Assembly (NCBI GenBank): GCA_951406725.2
Contig: OX597820.1
Location: 85,932,001 to 85,996,000 of the forward strand
Direction of reading: 5' to 3'
DNA: 64,000 nt
Origin: Octopus vulgaris
Lineage: Eukaryota
Under the pieces are notes generated by a model. That model did not search any database. It was not told the origin of the DNA and saw only the letters and a list, made by a program, of their open reading frames with translations. Below, in pieces: positions 27,931 through 41,104 of the stretch (positions within the stretch are counted from its first letter, which is position 1; each line of letters starts with the position of its first letter). A program made the position numbers and the translations under genes.

Positions 27931-29319
27931 CAAAACTGGAAGATTTTCTTGGAAAAACCATCTGAATAATTATAATGTAGTATTCGCAAATTTATTATCT
28001 GTTTTTTTTTATGTGTATGCTATAATTGTGAATGTATGTTCGTGTGCATGTGTTCGCAGTTTTTCATGCCAAGTGAACGAATATGTCAGTATGGCATTTA
28101 GAAGATGTAAAAGTTTTATCTAAACTAGCTGTAGAATGTTATTTTGAAGATTCTAATACGATTCATAAGAGGTGTCCAAGATAAATACAAATCCGCTTGA
28201 CCTATGCGTTGATGGCAAAAGAAATATTTGTCCATATTTATGTTTTTTGTGCATTCTCGGTCATACGACAAGCAGACCTACAAAAAGATACATTACATCA
28301 TCCGATCTATTTACTTTTACTTTAAATAGAATGTATTATTGTTGTTTCATTTTGTTTTTTTAAAGCAGCACATTATCATTTCAGGGGAGATATTTCTACC
28401 ATAGTTAGATTAAGCGAGTGACACCAGTTTAAGAACCGACGAGGAAGTATTTACGCATTTATTTGATATTATAGAAAATTACAAATTAGACTCAATTTAC
28501 TTCAAAAATACAAATTGCTTAATCCGTGTCACAGTATACACGAGAGACATGTTTGCGATTGTTGTCTCTTTGATGGAGGCCGACTTACACAGCAGAAAAA
28601 CCATGCACATTGATATATCTTTTGGTTTCATGACACAGAAGCTGATATTTAATAACTCAACCTCCCTGAAATCTAGGCTCTACACTTTTGGGAAACAAAA
28701 ATACACTTTGTGAGCGTATTCCATTTATTGTATGCACCATCACTGGTTACGAATGACCACTGGTGACCTCTTTAACAAGAACTAAGTATTAGTCATGAAA
28801 TTTTAATGGAAATATACATTGGTGATTGGTAGTTTTCGATACCCTTTTTCGTATATTCCTCTTATTTTTTTGTTTTTGCAAGTCCCCATCTTAAACATGA
28901 GAGTCAGATAAATTTTCTACACCAATCTTTGGGAACTTAGTCAAGAACCGGAAGAAATATAACAGTTCCATCATCTCTCAGCCCCGAGCAAGCGCATAAT
29001 CCTTTCAAGACCGGTAACTTGATAAACAAATTTGACCGATGTGATTTGAACTCAGTAGTTACATTAAAAAGAGACATTTTCTTGGATTTCTAACAAGTCT
29101 GAAAAGTTGTCATCATAATATATATTCTTACAAACATCTAAAAATAAGAAATGGTCTTCACTTTTGATTTACTTTTCCATAGCTGACATGATGTTTAATA
29201 CCAGCAACAGCATGAATACCATCAAATGTGTTCATAGATGTTTTTGTCTTTGTATTACAATGTGCAGGAATCATACCCTCACACACTCTCCTTCTCTTTC
29301 TCTGTATCTCTCATTATGT

Positions 29320-29357
<38 letters not shown>

Positions 29358-29514
29358 ATATCCGGACTGATAGAGAGATAGGTAGATAGATAAATAGATG
29401 CATACATACATATAAACAAATATATATATACATATATATATATATATTTATATACACACATGTATATATATATATGTACGTATATATGTATATATATGTT
29501 TATATATATATGTT

Positions 29515-29549
<35 letters not shown>

Positions 29550-30102
29550 GTATGTGTGTGTACATATATGATTATTAATATTAATGTATTTAACTACTTT
29601 CATACACTACCCTGTTATTCCGGTTGAAACAAAAGAATTACATAAGATGCCTCATAGAAATCGTGATGTATCAATCTTGTGTAAGTTTCTAATTATATTT
29701 ATGACAACAAAAACTTGTTTTCTGCCTTTTATTCCATTTTGTTTAAGTTGTTATTCTGCTATTTGTTCAACACGTCTGACTACAGATCACGCATCATAGC
29801 TGGAATAATATCGAATATATTTGTTTGATGCGTGTGTATGTCTGTGTATGCATCTATGAGTAGATATATGAATGTGTATCAGTGAGTATGTTTGTGAATT
29901 GATATATGCGTGTGTAGTCCTACACTTTATCGTTGCTATGAAAAGAGTATTCATCACAAGCATGTTTTTGTTGAATTATCGATGATTATAGCTTCAGGGA
30001 TGATTACACATGCATGTACATAGACACACAAATTACCATACATGCATATGTATGCGCAAATGTATTCGTATGTTTATATATGTTTATATTTGCATATGTA
30101 CA

Positions 30103-30180
<78 letters not shown>

Positions 30181-30227
30181 CTATTACATATATATGCATG
30201 TTATAATGTATATGTATGCATGTATAC

Positions 30228-30291
<64 letters not shown>

Positions 30292-30949
30292 GTACATATA
30301 CGTATACATAGTTGTATACATGCATACATATACATTGTAACATGCATATATATGTAATAGCTAAACAAAGAGTTGAATACTAGAAATTTTTGAACCGAGT
30401 GTGCTGTAAGACTAATTGAGAAAATCGTAGCTATAACCATTTCAGATCTGAAAGAAATAAACAGGGTTAATTTTGCCTATACTTCATATGAAAATGAATA
30501 TTTACTGAGGGGTCCCCCACATGGACATAATAACATATCATCATCTCTTCGTACCTGGAATGTAGTATTCACAAATCAGTTTTACGTTCCTCTATCGATT
30601 AGATCGTGGTTAGCCACGATGTATTATATATGTAACACCACCCGACTCGAAAAATCTAGAAGAAGCGACTGTTTTTATATATTTTGATAAAACGTGTCTT
30701 TGCGATGTTGATAAATTATCTCTTGAGTAATTTCATGGGAAAAATATTAGAAAGATTAAATTAGTCAAAAGGTTATTTTCCGTAGCAACTAGTTGCACAT
30801 CGTCTATACATAGTACTTATAAATTTGTTTCGCTATATTGTTCTCTTCAAAATTTGTTGACGATACTTCATTATGATGCGCCGTTACATACATATGGAAG
30901 CATGCTTTGCTTATGATACCCCAACAAAGGTGATGATGGTATTGATACA

Positions 30950-31330
30950 AGACACCCATCCTCCTCCGCATCCAGTTCATTGTTTTTATGGTAGCGGATG
31001 TGGTTGACAAGACCGATTCAAAAACGCAGATCCTGTGACCCTGAAGGTACTGAACGTGATCCCGAACAACAGACGTATTGGGTTTGTGACGAACTTTCCT
31101 CCTCTTTTCATGTAGTCTCCTGCGTTCGGTTTCAAAGTGCTGTATTCCAGCATCACACACGGACCGCTAAGCCTTCTGATTAACAGTCCAGGAATCCAAC
31201 CGATTTGGAGGGACACTACATAAAATCAAAGCCCACTTAAAATGATCATGAAAACGAAGTTTTAGACGTCCGCGTGGCCTACGTCCAGTTTTGATATCGC
31301 TGAAAATGACCATCATTTGGAGCTAGTTCC
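30950..31330 (-). mobile_element. RTE LINE 3' fragment
   Basis: KTGRRPRGR-KLRFHDHFK...*RSVCDAGIQHFETERRRLHEKRRKVRH, typical RTE C-terminus. Confidence 0.8.
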
Positions 31331-31699
31331 CTGGCATCTAAATCATGTGGCCAACTCAGCGAAGGGGACGAAGGGTGTAGACCACAATGTTGTAGATCCA
31401 GCCCTTGGGAGGATTTTAGTATGAGGCATCTTGTCCTTCCACGTGAGACCGAGGACGCTATGGAGGGATCTGATATGGGACATTTATAGTTATCTGATCT
31501 GGCCCTGATATATACAGGTATAAGCCTCATTAGTTTAGCGTTAGGTTAAAAGAAGGTGAATTGGGTTGCCTGGTGATAGATGAGGAATCTAGTTGTGCTC
31601 ATGTTAGAGGTGGATATAGAGACAATCTTATTGGACAATGGGAGATTTCTGAGGTGATTTCCATTTTAGTTGATAAACTGTGTATGCGTGTATATGCAT

Positions 31700-31930
31700 A
31701 CATCTGTGTGTGTTGGTATTTGTCCCACACCACCGCTTGATAACCAATGTAGGATTGCTTCCAGCCTCACAACTTAGCGGTTTGGCATTAGTGAGGATAC
31801 AATAAGTAACAGGCTTTAAGATGATACCGCAGTTGATTTGCCCGACTAAAATACATTTCAAGGTGGTGCCCCATCATGGTTGCAGACCAATGGCTGAATC
31901 AAGTAAAAGATAAACGATAAAATAAACGAT
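31700..31930 (+). mobile_element. SINE family C, 3' half
   Basis: Shares CCGCTTGA.AACC, AACTTAGCGGTT.GGCA, AATAAGTA..AGGCTT and GGTGC.CCA.CATGG blocks with the copies at 55805, 56800 and 60310. Confidence 0.75.
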
Positions 31931-32507
31931 ATCTTCAACAAATATCTTCAACCAGTCAACCGTGTAGTGACTCGTACGTTGTTAAGCCAATAATTCATTG
32001 AAATAAATAAACATCCACACATATCTGGACACATATCTTGTCATCAAAGCAACCAACCAGAAGGCTTTTGTGAGTTACCCCATTGTTCAGTAAATAGATA
32101 GCATTTCTTTAAAAAACATAGAAATCAATAAACAGTTCAAAACTATTGTACAAAAATACCACCCAATCTATCGGACAAAAATTCCACCCACACTGCCTCA
32201 AAGAAATACTCCTCACCTCTCCTAAAATCTCATTTATCTTTTTCTAAAACATTCACCACATGAGCGCGCAGACACACATACACACACATGTACATGTACA
32301 CTCGCGCACGCACACTTATATAAACACACATACTCCTATATACTCACACATGCAAATTCTTTACTAAGAAAAGATTGTCAACCTTTTATTTGGCCACTCT
32401 TGCTAAGTGCCAGGCTCAAGCATACCGTTTTTAAAAAATATTTGTATTCATTAAATTTTTCAACAAACAGCTTACATCACACACTCTATGTATATATATA
32501 TATACAT

Positions 32508-32898
32508 CGCCAAGAAATGTCAGGTATTGAAGTTGGCAACCTCAAACATCGCTTCAGGTAGTCAGGGCATTTTAGTCGAATGGCCTCTTTAAGACTCCCG
32601 CTGACTGTTCTCTCCATCGATGGCAAATGACATCGGGGAACCCCAAAACGCAGATTGAAAGACCAACTGAAACCATCCCTCTGTGAAACCGGAATCAGCC
32701 CTAACACCTGGAAAACAGAAGCGTTTCTCCGTCCATCCTAGCAATGAGCAATTCATTTCGGCTGTTCTACTTTCGAGGAGAGGGGAAAGACTAAACGAAA
32801 AGCACCAAGAAGGCTACACCAAACCAGCCATGCGAAACTGCACGAGACGGTTCCATGCCCGACTTGGCCTTCTGAGTTACTTACAGGACTGTTTCCAT
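32508..32898 (+). mobile_element. RTE LINE 3' fragment
   Basis: SGIE...KHRFR*SGHFSRM..LRLP..VL...GK*HRGTPKRRLKDQLK.SL..TGI...TW...FEE and C.RRFHARLGLLSYL; bounded by (TA)n. Confidence 0.85.
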
Positions 32899-32945
32899 AT
32901 ATATATATTGTTGTATTTGGGGATGGTCATGTTGCCAGTTTAGCC

Positions 32946-33033
32946 ACCAGACGCACTATATTTTGGAGTACACTTGCTCCAGCTTTATTTTAAATTAACT
33001 GTATCGTCACATTTCTGTGACCTCATCAGTGGT
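32946..33033 (-). ncRNA. Hammerhead-like motif downstream of a PLE endonuclease
   Basis: acca-CTGATGA-g-gtcaca-gaaa-tgtgac-GATA-(long stem III region)-gTC-tggt; GAAA mutated to GATA. Confidence 0.55.
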
Positions 33034-33442
33034 ACTTTGCTTTCTTCTTTCGTTTTTGTTTCTCTCCTTACTTACGATCAGCCGTTTAGTATTCCTGTTG
33101 TACGTGTCTTTATTTGCGCATGAGTATATCCCTGTGTGTCTCTTTATTAGCACACGTTTAGTAAGTTTGTGTGGGGGAATATGTATGGTACCTGCATTAT
33201 CAGTATGTTTAGTAAGTGTGCGTGTGAGAATATGTATGTACCAGCGTTATCAGTATTCCTTGTTTATTCACGTTCGTTTAATATATTTTTTTTTTATTTT
33301 ATTACTTTTTATCTACTTACTTTTTCATTTATTTCTTTTTTTGTATTAATTCAATTTAATCTAATTCATTTTATTTTGTTTATGCATGTAATTATATAAT
33401 TCCATTTGTTTATCTGTTTATTGTATTATGTTCATATTATTA

Positions 33443-33855
33443 TCAGTTTATGGGGATTTTATTCTGTCATAGGTTGTAGTGTGTAAGGGGTGTGTGCTAG
33501 TGTTCCATTCGAGTTTTCTATTTAGGCTAGTTTTATTTTCTATTATGTGAATATCTTCCGTAATATGTCTAAGCGTTGCCTCTGTTCTATGTTTGGACAA
33601 AATTTTAACTTCTATATTGTTGTGTGAGCCGCCGTATTCTCGCTCGGCGTGCTGTTATAGAGCCGATGAGCTCTTCTCTTCCTTAAGTTGCCTCCAATGA
33701 TCATTTACCCGCTCTCCTGCACTCCGTGCTGCCTCCCCTATGTACGTCGTTGTCATGTTTCTGCACTGTTGCTCTGTACATCTTATACTATAGACTACAT
33801 TCCTAACTTTACAGTTTGTTTGTGGGCTAAATCTACATACAATATAGTTCCTCTG
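33443..33855 (-). pseudogene. Penelope-like element GIY-YIG endonuclease fragment
   Basis: NCKVRNVVYSIRCTEQQC...YIGEAARSAGERVNDH...SAL*QHAERE...EVKIL...LRHITEDIHIIENKTSLNRKLEW; one internal stop; 5' end truncated at a microsatellite. Confidence 0.85.
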
Positions 33856-33870
33856 TGTATGTGTGTGTGC

Positions 33871-33935
<65 letters not shown>

Positions 33936-33936
<1 letters not shown>

Positions 33937-34063
33937 CACAAATAATTGACCGTGTTGAATGGAAATAAAAAGAAAACAATTATTACTCACAGTTCTATAG
34001 TTCTGGGTTCGATCTGTATAGAAAGTATTGTTATTAACCATTCCTTTCAGCCATGCTCTCCCT

Positions 34064-34129
<66 letters not shown>

Positions 34130-34259
34130 GCAGGGAGAGCATGGCTGAAAGGAATGGTTAATAACAATACTTTCTATACAGATCGAACCCAGAACTATAG
34201 AACTGTGAGTAATAATTGTTTTCTTTTTATTTCCATTCAACACCGTCAATTATTTGTGT
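33936..34259. repeat. 129-bp inverted repeat around a (TA)n spacer
   Basis: 33936-34064 is the reverse complement of 34131-34259 with one mismatch seen. Confidence 0.95.
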
Positions 34260-34795
34260 GGAGGAGGTTACATCGATCCCAGTGATAGGATTGTACTTAT
34301 GTCATCACTCACAAAATAATAAAACGTAAAGTCGACTTCGGCGGTATTTGCACGCAGTGCGAAATGACGGAGGGAACAGCGCTAAGCATGTTATCCGGTA
34401 TGCTATCGATTCAACTACCTCACTAGCTTCCTATGGTATATTGTAATTTTAGCGACAACTGATTCTTTCTTTCATTAATATGCAACACCCGTAAGGTGGC
34501 GGTCTGGCAGAATAGTTAGCTCCTCATCCGAAATGCTTAGTGGTATTTCGTGTATCCTTACATTCCGAATTCAAATTCCGCAGAGGTCGACTTCGCTTTT
34601 CTTCCTTTCGTGATGGATGATGTAAATAACAGTTGAACACTATGGTCGATGTAGTCTACTTACACCCCTCACCCAAAATTGCTGGTATTGTGCACCAAAA
34701 ATCCGGCAGAATTTGTACTCAGAGTACAGCGACTGACGAAATGCTGCTGAATATTTTTACTCGGCTCGCTTACGATTCTGCCAACTCACCGCCGT
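34260..34795. mobile_element. Cluster of three SINE family B copies (-, +, -)
   Basis: Head GGTGGCGG.CTGGCAGAAT.GTTAGC...AAATGCTTAG at 34493 (+); reverse-complement matches at ~34260-34428 and ~34700-34795. Confidence 0.75.
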
Positions 34796-34969
34796 TTCAC
34801 ACTGAAGTAGATATTGCGTTGTGCCTATGCGAATTACTTGATTGTGAGTGTGTACTAGCGTTTGCATTTGTATGACTATTTCGATATACGAAATGACAGA
34901 AGAATCACTTAGTATATGTAGTATCATAGCTTGTCTTAGTGAATTCGTTCAACCGAAAACTAATGAACT

Positions 34970-35043
<74 letters not shown>

Positions 35044-36559
35044 TCTGCATGCATGGCTGATAGTACAACCCTATAAATGAAACTTGAAGTTACAGTCAAT
35101 TTGATCTTCACAGTATGTTTGACATTACTCTCTGTATGGATAAATCTCAAGTAGATATTCCATTGCTAGTATTATTTATCGAAACGTTATTTCAACATCG
35201 CCCTCCATATATATATATGTATATGTATATGTATATGTATGTATGTGTGTATGTATGTATATATAATGTTTGTATATATGCGTGCATATACACCCGTGTG
35301 TGTGTTTGTATACAGATAGATATACAGACAGTACCAGACATAAATAGAGATAAGGTATAAAGACACAGCAATGTGATTATATGCAGGTATAGATGTTAGT
35401 ATACACCTCGATACTTCAACTGAATGTTACGGAAAGTTTTTCATAATTTCATTTCGATTCTTCCGTTGGAATATTGTACATTAGACAACACTTCCATATC
35501 AATATCCGTTTCCCTCTTCGCTTTCTCTTGAGTTTAAATACATTCAAACTACTTTCTGTATTTCACACATCTCTAGTTTCTTCTCTCTGATTTTCTTTCT
35601 TTCCGACTTGCATCAATTCATACTTTCTAGCTTCTAGCCTCCAATATTGTTCAATTCTTCGTATACATTCTGGCTAAATCAGTCCTCCGTTGAGTCAAAT
35701 ATAACACCTGTGAAAGTCTTCTAGCAATCTTAATTTATATACTGGTATCCGTATGGCCCCCATACAACCGCACAAACACACACACAGAATTATATGTGTA
35801 TATGCGTGACTGTGTGTCTATATATGCACGTATGTGTATGTATGAGTGTATGTATGTGTGTGAGTGTGTGTGTGTGTTAGTAGATATATATTTATAGATA
35901 CATATATTCAATTTATATGTAATGCAATTCTTACTAGACTCCATCACAATCTTGCATATTTTTATCGTTCCGTTTACATGTTTTAATGCGTTAAAGTTCA
36001 TGTCTGCTGGTCTCTTTCTTGAATATCCTTGTTTTTTCCTACGCTGTCGCTCAGATATTTAATAACGTTTTCAAGTACAATAATCATTATTGGCATAAAT
36101 GGAAATTTATATTCAGAGGAGAGGAGCAGTAGTTAATTTAGGACAGCTGCTGATTACTTGCATTATATCATAATGCACAAATGTGATATAATTGACATTT
36201 GTGGTTGGTCCTTGGAAGCTTAAATGCTTCACTGTCCCATTTTTCCATTTGATATTTTAAAGCAATCTTTTTTTTTTTTTGGTTGTAAATCGTAGCCTTT
36301 ACGACGTGACGAGATGCAATGATAACAATTTCAAGAGAGGAATTACTTAATATTAACATTATCTTTTTCCCATTTACGGCAAACATATCTATACATAGCT
36401 ATTTTGTGGTATGCAGTGTTTCTTATACACAGCTGTGCTGATATATACTAGCCCAGCAATTCTGGATATGTATAGGAAATTATTTGAAATTTAATGTGCC
36501 TTGAAGACTCCATTATCGACCCGCATAATGTTATAAATTTCACATTTATGCACTTGGTT

Positions 36560-36880
36560 ATGTATTTATTTTTGTTGTCTTGTTAACATGTGGTGTCTAT
36601 TAGCTCATGGCACTCGAAAGCTGTATGTGCTGATCTTCCTCGTTCATCAATATCACTCTTTCTGTGGAAAACTGCATTTGATGTCATGATCTTACGTGTT
36701 TCAATATCAATGGAACTGATTTCGTCTATAGACCAGTCGAGCATATCAAAAGATTGCTACCAGCACGGTCACTGAAAATGTAAGTCTTGTATAATATTTT
36801 TTGGCTACTTCTTGTCTAAAGTACTTTAGTATGAAATATCATCAATACCGAGGTATTCTTAGCAGTCATTTTGAGATTAG
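36560..36880 (-). mobile_element. Decayed R4/Dong-like LINE RT fragment
   Basis: EYLGIDDISY...EVAKKYYTRL and FDMLDWSIDEISSIDIETRKIMTSNAVFHRKSDID, matching the R4/Dong motifs YKYLG and W...E...ID..TRK..T....H..SD.D. Confidence 0.7.
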
Positions 36881-38355
36881 AACGAGCACTGATGTTTAGG
36901 TTGTGCGTTTTGGGAACTTTTTGTGTCCAGTCAATAATTTAATATAAACATTTCTTTGACCAAACTCTGTCCTTATATCAACATAAAACACCAAGATTAA
37001 ACCCAGGTATTTTTCGGTATTGTAAGGGTTTCGGGTATAGATATTTAAATTTTCAAAGAAAAGGGGAACAAAATTGAAAAATTATGGGTTATTCTCGTAA
37101 CATTTGCACTGGCAGATGATAGGATATTCGTAACTAAGATTACAGAGGATTTAAGGCCGAAATAATCCAAACTGTCTCCTTAGAGTATTCTAGTCGAAAT
37201 ATTTCAAGCATCAGAGACAATAGTTGTACTTTTGGTTATAAGGTTTGTGGACCAGATATTTTTCCAGCTGTAGTATTTCGTTAGCCTTGAATCGAAAATC
37301 TTTCTGAAATTAAATGACACTGACACCAGATTTCCATTTTCTTTTCCTACATCGGGTAGCAAGGTGTTCATTGCATCATCACACAGCTATACTTCTACCA
37401 GCCTGCTCATCAAGGATTTATCATCAGGTACTCGACAGTCTAGAAGGAATCGGTGTTCACGGAGTGTTCACCAATTATTTATACATCATATTGAAAGGGG
37501 CCTTGGTTCGATTGCTCTCCGCATAGAGTGAGACTGCAAGCGTGTAATTTATACACACACGCGCACACACACACATACACACACACACATATGTAAACAC
37601 ATATGGACACTGATGAACAGAGAGGTGTTTAAGGATGAGGTGTGTATGTATGTATATATTTATGCGTATACGTATGTATATATTTATGTATGTATTAGTC
37701 AATCAAAGTGTAATGAGAGACTCCAGCTGGCTGAAGCCTACCCACACATTTATATCTATCAGATTTTATATAGTTTTAATATAACATGTACAAACCAATG
37801 CATAAACTAGAGTAGTTCCACTAGCTATTAAAATTATCGTAATTTTTAATATAGTTATGTAATACATTAATCTTCATTCTTTTGTCTTTTTACTATTATG
37901 CTCTAATAATCTACAATAAAAACACCAACCGATTAAATGATGAATATCGTCAGATGTACCGTTGGTATCGAATGCACTGTCGATTAAAATGAATCTAACT
38001 TCTAATTTTCCTTCATTGGTGCTCTTTTAGCTCGGATTTTGCATACGATTTGCTGATTGAATAATTCATCTGGTTTCCTTGCTTTCTCTTCTCTCTCTCT
38101 CTCTCTCTCCCTCTTTCTTTCTCTTTCTCGCTTTCTGTGTTTCTCAAGCTATCTCCTTATATGTGCGTATCAGTGTGTGTGTATATATATATATATATAT
38201 CACTATGTATAAACATAACCGTGTAAACCATCGTACACATACCGATAGTTATAAGAATACTTTTGGAAATATGGAGGTAATGGTTTACGCTAGAATGTGT
38301 AAGTATATTTCGTGTTGGTATGTAGATATGTATCTGTATATATCTGTGACGTTTA

Positions 38356-38411
38356 TGCACCCGTTTTGAGTGTCTTATTATATGCATATAATAAGACTCA
38401 AAACGGGTGCA
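38356..38411. repeat. Near-perfect 56-bp palindrome
   Basis: TGCACCCGTTTTGAGT(GT)CTTATTATATG|CATATAATAAGACTCAAAACGGGTGCA. Confidence 0.9.
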
Positions 38412-38463
38412 CACTCACATATATACAGAGTTAGTCAGAAATATATATATATATCTATATCTA

Positions 38464-38866
<403 letters not shown>

Positions 38867-39165
38867 CTTGCATGTGTGAGAATTTACACTTGTGTGTCTA
38901 CATTTCAGTGATCAAAAATACGTCTGGTGCGTTCACACATTAGAAATTATAACATAATTGGGTGTATTTAAGTCGATTACACGGTAGCTGTCAATGATAA
39001 CGCTTGCTTATTTCGCTAAGAATTGAGTGCTAACAGAATGTTCTTACAGACGTGTCATCATTTATTTTTGACAATCAATTAAACTGTCTAAACTTAATAT
39101 TTAACATGAGATTTTAATATAATTGCTGTTCAGTGTTTTTGTTGTTGTTGTTGTTGTTCTTGTTA

Positions 39166-39396
39166 AAGCGGCAAGCTGGCAGAATTGTTACTACACCGGT
39201 AAAAATGCTTAGCACTATTATTCCCGAGTTTATGTTCTCAGTTCGAATTTAGCCGACGTCTATTTTGCCTTTCCTTCTATCAGGGTAAAAAAATAAGTAC
39301 AAGTTGAACACTGGGATAAATGTAATGTACTTGTCCCGTTACTTAGAATTCAGGCCTTGTACATTTAGTAGAAAGGTTTATAATAATAACAATAAT

Positions 39397-39459
<63 letters not shown>

Positions 39460-39712
39460 TAGTAGTGGTGGTGGTAGCAGTAGTAGTAGTAGTAGTAGAA
39501 GGTGGCGAGCTGGCAGAATCGTTAACACGTCGTGCAAAATGCTTAGCGGTCTTTCGTTCGTCTCTACGTTCTGAGTTAAAAATTCCGCTGATTTCGATTT
39601 TGTATTTCATCCTTTCGGGATCGATCAATTAAGTACTAGTGAAACAATGGAATCGATCTAATCGACTAACTCCTTTCCCAATATTTCAGGCCTTTTACCT
39701 CTAGTAGAAACG
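39166..39712 (+). mobile_element. Two tandem SINE family B copies separated by (TAG)n
   Basis: Heads GCGGCAAGCTGGCAGAATTGTTA (39168) and GGTGGCGAGCTGGCAGAATCGTTA (39501); shared 3' end TTCAGGCCTT.TAC.T.TAGTAGAAA. Confidence 0.85.
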
Positions 39713-39748
39713 ATTATTATTATTATTGTTATTATTATTATTATTATT

Positions 39749-40171
39749 GAGTGAGAGAGCAGTGCATACCATCAAAGTGACACTGGGTTAAATTATACGA
39801 AGCCCAATATGCCCATCATAACTACTCCTCTGATAAGGGTACACCAGGTATATGCATCACAACTATATGTGCGCGACATGGTGATCTCATATCAAGATAA
39901 ACATCACATGACCTTGCAAGTGGCGCCCAGTTAAAATTTTCTTCTGGTAGAGTACCCCATCCTGCTCAAAAGATCCCTGAATAAGGATTGTTTAAGTATG
40001 TTGAACGAACCACCCATGTTTCCTGAAGTGAAATATCCAAAACTCTAAGAATTCCACTCAACGCACGGCTATGATGCTCTCCCACTACTTCTGCTCGTGA
40101 TCAGACATGCACATATCGTTAGCCACCAAGGGACTTACTCAACTGGTTAAGGTCAAACAACTGACAAGCAA
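39749..40171 (-). mobile_element. Interspersed element inserted in a (TTA)n microsatellite
   Basis: ~420 bp of complex sequence flanked on both sides by (TTA)n; minus strand ends ...CTCTCTCACTC(AAT)n; orientation inferred. Confidence 0.5.
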
Positions 40172-40188
40172 ATTATTATTATTATTAA

Positions 40189-40251
<63 letters not shown>

Positions 40252-41065
40252 GCTGTTTATTTAATTTCAGTGTGTTAAATTGTGTCTGTTAAAATTTTGT
40301 TCTAAAAGTAGTATTCCTGAATTATTTTTTTTTATTTTCTTGGAGACATTTCTTTTATAGTTAATTGTTCCAGCGTTTTCCTGTGTGGCAAAACTCTTAG
40401 TGGGCGTAAAGAATCCGTTTATGTTCAGCTAGCTTGTTTAAATCATGGCACCGCTGTCGGAAGTCTGTGAAATGTCAGTGATTTACACACATGAAATATC
40501 TGTGCAAGCAGTTCTGAAAATATTAACAAGAGAGAGACAATATCACATAGAATAATTTGTGGGATGTTTTTTGAAATTCTGTTCCCAAATTTCAAATCTT
40601 GCTGCTGTCAACATTGCGCTTCATCCCTCGCAATAAATAAATAATGTACCATTTAAGAACGACAGTTTGGGTATATAGTTAAAATAACGAAGAAGATGGC
40701 TTCGAGTATCTCTTTCGATTCTATACCTTCTCCCAATACTTAACACGGGAGAAAAATTCTTCCACTTTTCTGCCAGGGCTTTTATTTAGTTTTGCTATCG
40801 TAAAACAGTAGTTTTATGTGTTTTTTAAGTGGTGGAGCAAATAGGAATTTTGGTGTCATTTAGTCGACATGTTAGAGAATGATATATATCGGCGATACCA
40901 GCATTTATATAGGATACTACACGTAGTAGGGCGGACCAGACTTTTGGCGTCTGTTCAGCCTCATTCTGGTGAATGTTGTAATTCAACGACTGGAGTTAAT
41001 GATTAGGAAAGTAACCGATTTGATGTATTAGGTGACATATCAGTTCCCGTACGTTGCACTAAACT

Positions 41066-41104
<39 letters not shown>

